Source: the human T2T-CHM13v2.0 reference genome, Homo sapiens
Direction: 5' to 3' (one strand)
NCBI RefSeq assembly: GCF_009914755.1
Contig: NC_060931.1
DNA length: 64,000 bases
The notes under the pieces are model-generated. The model was not told the origin of the DNA. It searched no databases and saw only the letters and a list, made by a program, of their open reading frames with translations. Of this stretch, positions 52,050 through 64,000 are shown piece after piece. Position numbers and translations under genes: made by a program. Position 1 is the stretch's first letter. Every line of letters begins with the position of its first letter.

Positions 52050-53300
52050 GGCAGGGCTTGCCATTCTCCCTCCCTGTTCTCAGCCCGTTTTCATCTTTTT
52101 AGAATATTCACATGCTCTCATCTCTTCTGTCCTTGATGCCATATCAAGTGATCCTATGTATAAATTTTGCCTACTGAGGAATCTTTCTGCGTTTCGATTA
52201 TTATCAGCTATCCCACCTGGTTTCAAGTCATCTGTAAATTAGATGATGCCATCAATGAAATCAATATTCAAGTCATTGTTCCAAAGCTGAAGAGCGTGGG
52301 GCACAAGAATGCTCTGGCGTACCCCCAGTTTCTCAGCTGGGGCTCCCCAGAAGGCAGAGTGTATTTGGGAATGTGATGCCAGGGAGCAGAAGTACAGGAA
52401 GGGAGGAAGGAGACGGGTGGGCGGGTGAGTCAGCGCAGGACGCGTTCCTGAGCTGCCGCCGCAGAGCCCACTGATGCTGATGCCAGTGGGATCTTCCTAG
52501 GACTGCATGTAGCTGCTAGCTTCTATCCTCCCCTGGCGGAGGAAGCTGGGGTACATGGGATGGTCCTGGGCTGAGGGCCGTCCCACTGCCCCTGCACAGA
52601 GTGAGGAGTGCTGGACTATGAGTTGATGTGAATGGATTTGGAAATGGCCCACGAGAGGCATCCAACACAATTAGAAACCTTGCTCCAGGTGTTGACTGAG
52701 ATTTAAATATTAATTGATCTGCTTGGCTGCCAAGCTGCAGCTCTGCATCTCATCCTCTGGGACCTCGTGCCAGGCTCTGCCAGCCTAGTCTAGCTGGAAT
52801 CCAGACGTGCCTGTCATGGCACGGCCGTCTACGCAACAGCCACAAAAGAAAGGCAGGTGAATCTCCTGTAAATTTTTTTTTTGGTCAATTCATGACCGAT
52901 TCCATTCATTCATAAATCTCAGCTGGGATTGATACTACATTCCCCAGCCTCTGCTTTTTGAGAAATCTATCTGCTCTTTCCTTTTATCTCTGGCCTCCGA
53001 AATCAGACCTCTTCTCCGCAACTCCTCCAATATCACGAACAGGTTAGGAATCTCCTTTGTAAGTTCCCTTTAATGCTAGAATGTGATTCATCTGGATCAG
53101 AAATGAGATGTGGTTCGTGCTGACAGGTGCTCTCCGCAACTATTGTGGGCTTTAGTTTCCTCGAATCACTATTACTTTACCTCTTCCACTTTGAAGATCA
53201 TTTTCCTTGATAATGAACAAAGTACAGTTTGAGCTGAGCAGTTCTGTTTTCTCTTTATTGACATCAGCAGCATCAGCCTGGAACAATAGGACCGGGGCTT
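52050..53300 (-). mobile_element. Ancient CR1/L3 LINE reverse-transcriptase remnant split by an LTR
   Basis: Minus strand has a degenerate GVPQGS..GP.LF..FINDL-like segment (~52320-52265) and TTTACAGATGAC (FADD-like, ~52240-52228); resumes near 52670. Confidence 0.6.
52330..52668 (-). mobile_element. ERVL-type LTR (LTR33/LTR16-like)
   Basis: tctcagctgggctccccagaag is the reverse complement of a typical ERVL LTR 3' end; interrupts the CR1. Confidence 0.5.
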
Positions 53301-53466
53301 CTCTTTCCTTCCTGCTTTTAAAATAATCAAGCGCCCCTTCCCTTTGTGCCTCTTAATTTTAACACTAAACTAGGATTGTCCTGGGCAGCTCCCTCCTATT
53401 CAAGCTTTCCTTTTACTTTACTTTTGATCATGTGCTCTGCATTCGGTATTCTCTACTCATTCTTCA

Positions 53467-53690
53467 AGGTGGGTGGATCACTTGAGGTCAGGAGTTCGAG
53501 ACCAGCCTGGCCAACACGGTGAAACCAAGCCTTTACTAAAAATACAAAAGTTAGCTAGGCGTGTTGTTGCCCGCCTGTAATCCTAGCTTCTCGGGAGGCT
53601 GAGGTGGGAGAATCGCTTCAAGTGAGCCGAGATTGCGCCACTGAACTCCAGCCTGGGCGACAGAGCGAGACTCTGCCTCAAAAGAAAAAA
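53467..53690 (+). mobile_element. 5'-truncated AluS with internal deletion
   Basis: gagaatcgcttcaagtgagccgag lacks about 20 nt of consensus. Confidence 0.85.
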
Positions 53691-53779
53691 TAGTGCTTGG
53701 CAAACAGCCACTTATTTGGATACTTGCTTGTTTTTTTGTTGGCATTATTCAAAATCACATTGCCTGGAATAATGTAAAG

Positions 53780-54568
53780 AACAAAATGAAGTTGTTCTGG
53801 ATTATAACCCAAAAATAAATATCCATAAATCCATACTGAAATAGATGACTGAATAAACAAACAGATGGAGAAGGGACAAATCTCCCTTGCAGAAAAATCC
53901 CAACTAACTCACGTAGCTGCTCAGCCCTCACGGAGGTGAAGCGTCACTCCCCATGGCTAAGTGTGGGCTGTACGTGGTGACTTCCTTCTTGGGACTATGG
54001 CATGGAAAGGAGGAAGAAGAATCATCTCATGGTGGAAAAACCTGGCACACCTCAGCCAGGTAATGGAGAGTGGTAAGTCACACAGGCAGTAAGCACCCTG
54101 GAGACGGTATGATGAAAAGGGCACTTTACCTCTCTCTGGTCTTTCTCCTCCAAAGCCACATGCCCAGTCTAATCATGATAAATCATCATGCAAATCTCAG
54201 TAGAGGGCATTCTGGAAAATACCTGACCAACACTCCTCAAAACCGTCAAGGTGTCAAACACAGGGAGTACCTGTCTGAGAAGCTGTCCCACCTAAGGAGG
54301 CATGATGACGAGACGTGATGGGGTAACCTAGATGGGATCCTCCAACAGAAAACGGCATTATGCAAAAACTAAGGAAATCTGAAGAAAGCATGGACTTTAG
54401 CAAATAACCATGTATCAATATTGGTTCATTAACTGGGACAAATATAGACCACACTAACGCAAGATGTCAAAATTCAACTGGGTGTGGGGTATATGTAAAT
54501 TCTCTGCACTAGCTTTGCCATGTTTCTGTACATCTAAAACTCTTATAAAACACTTGTTAAAAAAAAAA
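53780..54568 (+). mobile_element. L1MC/MD-like 3' UTR fragment
   Basis: atgtatcaatattggttcattaa...ggggtatatgtaaattctctgcacta...tctaaaactcttataaaa then A tail. Confidence 0.75.
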
Positions 54569-54743
54569 GCTATCATTTGTAGAGTATTGCTAAAAGAAGT
54601 TACATTGCCACTGTGAGGAAAAGCCTGGATCATTCCTAATGCTTCCCCCCACCAATCCTAGGGTGTGAGGATTCCATTATGAAGTTTTATTTATTTTTGG
54701 GCCTCTCATAATTCTCGAGGTGTCATCTTTTGGAATCACTAAC

Positions 54744-55412
<669 letters not shown>

Positions 55413-55949
55413 CTAACTGATACCTATCTTTCTCTGAATTCCTGGGCTTATCTGGAAGGGAAGGGGATGTCCCCCCTCTCTACTGTGCCAGTCATGAAGT
55501 TACTGTCTCTCTGCTCCATGCCCACCCCTCTAACTTGGCTTGGTGATGCTGGGACTTTGCAGACCCTGTTTCGGTGTTGCCAACTGGCTCTATTTCAGGT
55601 TCTGACAATACAGGAGTCTAGGGAGGGACTCAAAGCCAGAGCAGGAAGAAGGGCTTGCTCCTCCCGTCAGCGGCTAGCAGGGCTCCTGTCTGCCTGCAGC
55701 TCCCGTGAGCTCCACCCAGGCACTGCCTTACCTGGGCACCGAGGCACCTCCTGTAGCAGCGGCTGAATACAGTTTGTTGTTTTCCCATTTTGTGCAAAAT
55801 GAGCTTCCTCAAGCCCCAACTCCCACCCAGAGACATAAGCACCAGCTAGAAGGCACGCGCCAGGACCCCCTCTCCTCCACGACACTGTGGAGTACACCAG
55901 ACTCACACAGCATCATGGTGAAACATGGGTCACTGAGCCTCATCCCCCC

Positions 55950-56055
55950 GTTTTGGATTCGGGTCTCAGATTGGGTCTGATGAGCTGCGTTTTTAAAAGT
56001 TCCAGCTGATGCTGAAGCTGCTAGTCTGGGAATCAGACTTTGAGAACACTGCCTT
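55950..56055 (+). mobile_element. MER5A-like fragment
   Basis: agttccagctgatgctgaagctgctagtctggg...actttgagaacactgc. Confidence 0.65.
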
Positions 56056-56179
56056 AGAGGTCTTTATTTGTCCTTTCAGTTACCAGTTAATTTAGATCCA
56101 GTTAACATTTGCTTATGTTCTTTTTCTGTTCAAATAACTGGTGTGGCTTCTGTCTCCTGACTGAACCTTGACTGATCAA

Positions 56180-58910
56180 GAAACTGGCACCACGGCCGGG
56201 CACGGTGGCTCACACCTGTAGTCCCAGCACTTTGGGAGGCTGAGGCGGGCAGGTCAAGAGGCCAGGAGTTTCAGGCCAGCCTGGCCAACAAAGTGAAACC
56301 CCATCTCTACTAAAAATACAAAAAATTAGCCAGGTGTGGTAGTGGGTGCCTGTAATCCCAGCTACTCAGGTGGGTGAGGCACAAGAATTGCTTGAACCTG
56401 GGAGGCAGAGGTTGCAGTGAGCCAAGATCGTACCACTGCACTTCAGCCTGGGTGACAGAATGAGACCCTGTCTTTAAAAAAAAGAAGAAGAAGAAGAAAA
56501 AAGAAACTGCCAAGACTGGTTCCCAGGAACAGAGGACTTGGAATTGGTTTCCCATCCATGGGTTTAACACAGTGTTGAGCTCTTTGTCAGTGGGAAATCA
56601 GATTCCTGTAATCCAGGGCAGGCCATGGCATTGTGACTAAAAAAGCCATCATCTGTGCCTGTGATGACATTTGTGTGCCAGGGCCCACATGGCCACTGCA
56701 CTGGCCACTGAGGCAGAAGCCAGGACCAAAGGACTCAGTATGACAGCATTCTGTGAGTGCGCTGGGGCCTCTGAGAAAACCTCAAGCCCAGGTCTGGGAC
56801 CTGCACCCACAGACAGAGAACCCAACAAGCCTCTATGGCAGTCCCCAGAGAGTCTATTTCTTGTAGCTACAGGGCTGTTTCCAAAATCAAACACAAAGCA
56901 TAACTCTGCGGGGTGTGGATGCACAGGCGGAATTGGTGGCATCACCAGGTTTGATGGGAAAGCTGGGCATGGATCTGGAAGGAGTGGGACCCTGGCACCG
57001 GACAGAGGGACATCTGACTGGACTCAGATGAAGCTGAGATTCCAGATTCGGGAGTTCCTCCGAGCCTCCCATGGCAGTGGGAACAGCTGGCTCCCCAGTG
57101 TCTGAGAATCACCTTTCTTTACTCGAAAGCCCAGTGACAGGCTTTCCTAGGGCAGACGCCTAGCGTGGGCCTCTCACCCTCCCACCCTTGCCACCCCTTG
57201 ACCTGTAACTGGGGACAGGTTTCCGCATGCTGCAGGGGAGGAAACCACTTATATGCAAAACAAACTGTGAGATCTTGCCATTTCACAGCTGCAGAAACCG
57301 AAGAAGTATGTATGGGAATAGGTGCTAGTAACGTTAGGACAAAGACGAGAAATTTAACACTAGTTTGGTGGGACTGATTGCTATGAGTGGTCTTATGAGA
57401 AATTGTTCATTAACATTTTGTGCACGCAGCCGGCAGTGGCTCTAACCGCTCACTTGGTTGACTGCCTGAAGTGCAGGGCACTGCTGAGTCCGTGTTTAAT
57501 GAGGCTGAGATGCCAGGCTTCTGTGGCACAGTGAACTATACAGGAGGAATCCACAGGCTTCGGGAGACAGGGGCATTGGCACGGATTTGTCATGTGCCAC
57601 CTGCACATTCCATACCCAGAGGACACTCCCTCCTGGAGCCCCTGAGGAATGTACAGGTGAGGGGCCCCTTCAATAGGAAAAGTGAACTTGTCACTGCAGC
57701 AGCTGTTCCCAATGTAGTATCTTGGGGGACCCACAGCCCCTGCCTGGACACATACTCCTTTTCTCTATACCAATCTACAAGGACCCCTAGACGGAGTCTG
57801 CTTTACCTGGCAACAGGATACTTTCACCCGTGTGTCTCAAGGCTGCGGCACCCCCGCTCTCTACCTTATTATGGTCTGCAGAGAAGCTGGCCATCTTCAC
57901 ACTGCACACTGCCACACTGGCCCATGCGCTGATAGCGGTGTGGGCTGGACTAGACAGGCAGGAAGTAGCAGAGCTCTAGGTGCCTCTGTGAGATATGTGC
58001 CGGGCAGAGCATGAGGGACAGACCCCGCAGAACCGGGGGTCTCACACCCCAGAACGGCCTGAAACACTGGAGACACCCCTCCAATGGGAGCTTCAAGTTG
58101 TCACTCCACACTCCACCTGCCACTGCAACCACCAGGCAGGTGTTTTGGAGGCAACATGCACCACATGTGTACGTGCTACTCTGACACCGGTACTGAGTGA
58201 CACTAAAAGCTGTTTTCAGAGAGGCCCAGGGCACGATCAGGCATGTGGCAAGTCCAGGCTGCTCTTCTGTGTGGCCTTAGGACCCAGCAAGGTTGATATT
58301 AGGGGTGCTGTAGGAAGCCTCCACCAAAAGGAAATTTACAGAGCAGACATTGAGGGTTTTGAGGGAAGATTAACCCCAAAACAACCATGCCTTCTCCTGC
58401 AGATAATGACTCTCCCGCTGGGAAACAGTTCCTGGCCGACTGCACCAGGCCCTTATAGAGACCAAACAAGCTAGCCACGAGATGCGGAGACCATGCAACC
58501 TGAGCTCCCCATCACGAACAGGGAACTACTAGGCCCCCCAAGCCGAATGCTGAGCATGCACAGCGACCCTCTCTCGCCAGGCCGAGACGGGGCTCGCCCA
58601 GGCCTGTGAAGTACATGGACACTGCATGGGTACATGATGCAGCTGCTCTGACACCGGTGCCTCCCCTACCTCGATCCACACCCAGACTCGGGGGAGCTCC
58701 TTATGAGCCACTGACTGATGGAGAAAAAGCTGGGCTTGGTTTACAGGTGCTTCTCCTGCTGGGCTGGCCCCTGCTGGCACTGCACAGTGTGGCTCTTGAG
58801 GACAGTGGGGATTACATCCCCCAGCAGGCAGACCTCCCAGTTGGACATTTGATTTCCACTTTATCAGGACTGAGATGGCCAGGACATATCTACATGGATC
58901 CCCAGGGTGA
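56180..58910 (+). mobile_element. Decayed ERVL-class endogenous retrovirus internal region (gag-pol remnants)
   Basis: Degenerate gag (KEWDP..; NEAEMP..GIHRLRE) and pol (AAAVPNVVS; ADNDSPAGKQFLA; GAPYEPLTDGEK) motifs, preceded by an LTR-end-like ctgaaccttgactgatca. Confidence 0.75.
56194..56500 (+). mobile_element. Alu (AluS) inserted at the start of the ERVL internal region
   Basis: Near-TSD AAGAAACTG. Confidence 0.9.
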
Positions 58911-59673
58911 TTCCAGTATTAAACCGAGGGGAATCTCATGGAACCCAACTGCAGGGAGTCCAGTCGGCCTCTCAAGAGACCGAAGATGGAAGCAGAAAAG
59001 CCAAGCCCGAGACTGCTCTTCCCCCTCATTCTGGTGGCACACCCTCGCATTCTGCTCTCCTCTCATTGGCTCTGTTCTACTCCTGTCTGCGCACACTCTT
59101 TCAGCTTCCCTGCAAGTGGCTCGCCTTGGTCCCTAGAGCAGTTACGGCTCTGATGACGTCGTATCCTCAGAGTAACGTGGTCATTTTGAGTACTGTTCTG
59201 CAGCTTACTTTTTCTTTTCCTAATCAATGAATCAATGAATATACTCTTGACAAACATTTTCTCCATTATGCAGTATTCTATTATATGCCTATGCGAGGAT
59301 TTATTTAACTGGTCTCTTAGGTTGTTTTGGGTACGCGGCTATTTTGTTTGCTTTCTTAGCTCTTGAGGGTGTGTCAATGGCTATTACTGCAGCCTGTGTC
59401 TAGAAAATACTCAAATCACCCCTTTTCAAATACATCTTTTTACCTTGACTTAACCAATGCCAAACAACTCTCTCCCCCTATTTCCATGGTAATGCATCTC
59501 AGCTCCTCTCAACTTAGAGGCTCACAGGATAAACGGCTTCCCGGAGATGATGCTCACAGCTCCTCTTAATTACGGAAGTGATATTTACTGGATCAGTCAC
59601 CTTGGACATCCATAAGGCATTGCATTTTTCATGTATTACTCACTTGACTTTCTCTAGGGTTTAGCCAAAATGA

Positions 59674-60049
<376 letters not shown>

Positions 60050-60459
60050 TAAGTTGGTAGAAATGCCGGTGGTCAGAAAATCTGGTATTTTAAAAAGTAA
60101 ACCTTCTGGGGGATGGGCGTGAGGCTGAAATAGGTTGAGCCAGTAGTTCCTTTATTTTGGGAATTCAGAACTTCTCATTATTTTGTTATTGAAACATGTA
60201 GTCACAGTTCTCGAGACCGCATCTCTTAAAACAACTGCCTACTGTTTTCCCTACTATAAGATTGTATTTGGATGCTTCCTTCTTTGTGTCAAATAATCAA
60301 GAATCTTAGGGTTTTAAAAGTGACTCTGAAGGTTACCTGGTCCAAAGTGAACTCAGCAAAGAACATAAAGCCAATTTGCAAAAATCAATTGTATTTCCAT
60401 ACGTTAACAAGAAACAATTGGAAAATGAAATTAAACAAAAGCAAAGTCATTTTTGGTCA

Positions 60460-60856
60460 TCCTGTAAGTCCTGGGTGGCAGGCACAGAATACAGGTAAGG
60501 GGCTCCAAGAGCCCGGGGAGCCCTCTGAGGACGCACGGCAGGTGTGGGGCATGGGAACAGAAGCAGGCCACACCTGGGGGTCCCTGGGGAGGTCTAAAGG
60601 GCCTGGTGGAGCAGGAAGAGCCTGGAAGGATCATCTAAGGCAGGGCTATGGGAGGGGGTGGATACACTCCAGGGCACCTTTCAGCTGGTGCTCCCGAAGG
60701 CTCAGGCTGAGGCAGCCCTTCCAGGGCCCTTGCTGGGTGTCTTCCCCTGCCCTGCTCTTCCTCTGATCCCTTCATGCTTCCTCCTGGGAGTGCATCCTTC
60801 ATAAACCCATGAATTCTTGGTTTAGCATTTACTTCTGAGGAACTCGACTGAGGACA
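60460..60856 (+). mobile_element. Probable ERVL-type LTR (LTR33-like)
   Basis: 3' end cataaacc...catttacttctgaggaactcgactgaggaca. Confidence 0.45.
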
Positions 60857-61339
60857 ATCCTACTTGGAAAATATTTATGTAGAAACAATACACTAAATGT
60901 ATACGCACAGATATGTGTGTAGACACCCATTTGATTACACTGAATGTAGTTTGATCACGGTATTGAGTATATTATTTAGGACTTTTTGTATGTGATTATA
61001 AGTTACATTGATATAAAGTAAGTTGCAATACGCATAATTTTAATACCAAAATGTTAAGATTCAAATTTTCTGGGAAAAGAGATCGGTAAGGTTCTTCTTT
61101 CAAAAGATTGCCCATTTTTGTGATTTTCTTCTTTTTTACCAATATTATTTCAAATTTATCATATGTTCTACTAAATAACTAAGAAAGACCATGAGGATAT
61201 ACTGAGCGAGGCCATACAGTTTAATAATGAACAGCTTAGGTTCTAACACACATTAGACAGGCCTGTGTTCAAAACCCCATCTTGTACTAGCTCTGTGGAT
61301 TAGGTCCTTAAATTCCACAACAACTTGTGGACTAAGCTT

Positions 61340-61638
61340 TCTTTTTCTTTTTTTTTTGAGATGGAGTCTCACTCTGTTGCCAAGCTGGAGTGCAGTGGCA
61401 CAAGCTCGGCTCACTGCAACCTCTGCCTCCTGGGTTCAAGCGACTCTCCTGTCTCAGGGTCCTGAGTAGCTGGGACTACAGGCATGCACCACCACACCCG
61501 GTTAATTTTGTATTTTTAGTACAGATGGTGTTTCATCACGTTGGCCAGGCTGGTCTCCAACTCCCAACCTCAGGTAATCTGCCAGCCTCGGCCTCCCAAA
61601 GTGCTGGGATTACAGACGTGAGCCACTGCACCTGGCCA
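61340..61638 (-). mobile_element. Alu (AluS) inserted in a MIR (61230-61800)
   Basis: TSD AAGCTTTCT; MIR-like flanks ending agcacagtgcc...ctcaataaa. Confidence 0.88.
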
Positions 61639-61822
61639 AAGCTTTCTGACTTAAGTTCTTAAACTCTATAATTTGAGCTTCCCTGTCTTTAGGAAGAAGA
61701 CAGTAATAGCACATTTCTTATAAGGTTGCCAAGATGTTGAGAATTCAGATAAAACCTCAGCACAGTGCCCGATAGTGCAAAGGACTCAATAAACGTTTGC
61801 TGGCATTGCTGGTTTTAAATTA

Positions 61823-62119
<297 letters not shown>

Positions 62120-62428
62120 TCAAGGGCCAGGCAAGGATGCTCACTCTCACTAATTCTATGAACACTATATTGGAGGTCCCAGATGGTGAAATAAGGCAAG
62201 AGAAAAAAATGAAAGGCATACATGTTGAAAAGGAAAAAGCAAAACTGTCTTTATGTGCACACTGTATGATTTTCTACATAGGAAATACCAAAGAATCTAG
62301 AAAAAGTTCCTAGATCTAAAAAGAATGAGTTTAGCAGGGTCATAGAATTAAATCAGGGTTAATAAAACAAAGACAAAGCTAATCGAATGGGGAAAAGTTG
62401 GAAGCTTTCCCTTCAAGATCTGGAACAA

Positions 62429-62591
62429 GGCCAGGTGCATTGGCTCACACCTGTAATCCCAGAACTCTGGGAGGCTGAGGTGGAAGGGTCACTTGAGCCC
62501 AGGAGTTCGAGACCAGCCTGGGTGGCATAGCAAGACCCAGTTTCTACAAAACTAATAAAATAAAATAAAAATAAAAATAAAGGGGAAAAAA
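62429..62591 (+). mobile_element. Alu monomer (FLAM/left arm)
   Basis: Near-TSD AAGA(T/C)C(T/A)GGAACAA. Confidence 0.85.
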
Positions 62592-63008
62592 AAGACCAGG
62601 AACAAGACAAGAATGCCTGCTGTTGCTACTCTGTTCAAGGTAGTACTGGAAGTCCTTGTCAGAGCAGTCAGGCAAGACAAAGAAATAAAAGGCATCCAAA
62701 TATGGAAACAAGGAAGTTAAATTGTCCCTGTTTGCAGATGACATAATCTTATATATGGAAAACCCTAATGACTCCATCAAGAAACTGTCAAAACTAATAA
62801 ATTCAGTAAAGTTACAAGATATAAACTCAACATAAAAAATCAGTAGCATTTCTATACACTAATAGACAACTATCCGAAATAGAAATAATAAAAGAATCCC
62901 ATTTACAATAGCTACAAAAAAACAAAATACTCAGGAATTAATTTAACTCAGGAGGTGAAAGACCTCTAGAGTGAAAACTATAAAACACTGATGAAAGAAT
63001 TGAAGCAG

Positions 63009-63312
63009 ACCAGGTGTGGTAGCACGCGCCTGTAATCCTAGCACTTTGGGAGGCTGAGGCAGGCAGATCACCTGAGGTCAGGAGTTTGAGACCAGCCTGG
63101 CCAATATGGAGAAACCCCGTCTCTACTAAAAATACAAAAATTAGCTGGGCATGGTGGCACAGGCCTGTAATCCCAGCTTCTCAGGAGGCTGAGGCACGAG
63201 AATTGCTTGAACCTGGGAGGCGGAGGTTGTAGTGGGCTGAGATTGCGGCACTGCACTCCAGCTTTGGTTACAAAGTGAGACTGTCAAAAAAATAAATAAA
63301 AATAAAAAAAAA
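63009..63312 (+). mobile_element. Alu (AluSx)
   Basis: Near-TSD AAGAATTGAAG(C/A)AGA. Confidence 0.9.
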
Positions 63313-64000
63313 GAGGAAGAATTGAAGAAGATACAAATAAAAGGGAAGATATCTTGTGTTCATGGATTGGAAGAATATTGTTAAAATGACCACACTATCC
63401 ACTGTGATCTACAGATTCAATGCAATGCCTATCAAAATACCAATTCTTCGCAGGACAAGAAAAAAAAAATCCTAACATTTGTATAGAACCACAAAGGACC
63501 CCAAATAGCCAAAAGAATTTTGAGCAAAAAGAACAAAGCTGAAGATATCACACTACCTGACTTCAAAATGTACTACAAAGCTATAATAACCAAAACAGCA
63601 TGAAGCTGGCATAAAAACAGACACACAGACAAAGAGAATTAGAAAGCCCAGAAATAAATCCACACATTACAGCCAAATGATTTTTGACAAAGGTTCCAAG
63701 AATACACACCGGGCAAAGGGTGGTCTCTTCCATAAATGGTGCTGGAAAACCTAGATATCCACATGCAGAAAAATGAAGCTGGACTCCTATCTCTCATCAG
63801 ATACAAAAATCAATGGAAAATAGATTAGAGACTGAAAATCTACGACCCAAACTACGAAACTACTAGAAGAAAACATAGGGGAAATGCTTCATGACTTTGG
63901 TCTGGGCAAATATTTTATGGATAAAGCCTCAAAAGCACATGGAACAAAAGCAAAAATGGACAAATGGGATTATATCAAACTAAAAAGCTTCTATCCTGCA

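Noticed and set aside
60272-60766. 164-aa ORF
   Set aside because: It is a chimera of an L1 fragment and a probable LTR

Overview
Primate, almost certainly human, genomic DNA. It carries the 3' half of PRKAG2 (AMP-activated protein kinase gamma-2 subunit) on the minus strand. I read 11 coding exons directly from the sequence (exons 6-16 in the usual long-transcript numbering, recalled from memory). All have GT-AG boundaries and together give 956 nt of continuous frame encoding the four CBS repeats and the C-terminus ...LTPAGAKQKETETE*. A ~1.07 kb 3' UTR ends near an AATAAA at 22671-22676. Positions 1-22600 are repeat-dense intergenic DNA; from memory RHEB lies further left, outside the window. 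The rest is introns filled with about 45 Alus, L1/L2/MIR/CR1 fragments, MaLR solo LTRs, DNA-transposon MITEs and a decayed ERVL gag-pol remnant. Nearly all ORF-track entries are Alu or repeat artefacts. I found no convincing novel biological system. The best leads are inferred RNA-processing features: cryptic intron-15 acceptors that would change the gamma-2 C-terminus, a tandem NAG acceptor at exon 6, a stop-free exon 7-14 circle flanked by inverted Alus, and alternative poly(A) signals. Nested transposon structures and a motif-dense patch in intron 13 are also noted. Repeat boundaries are approximate and subfamily calls were made by eye.
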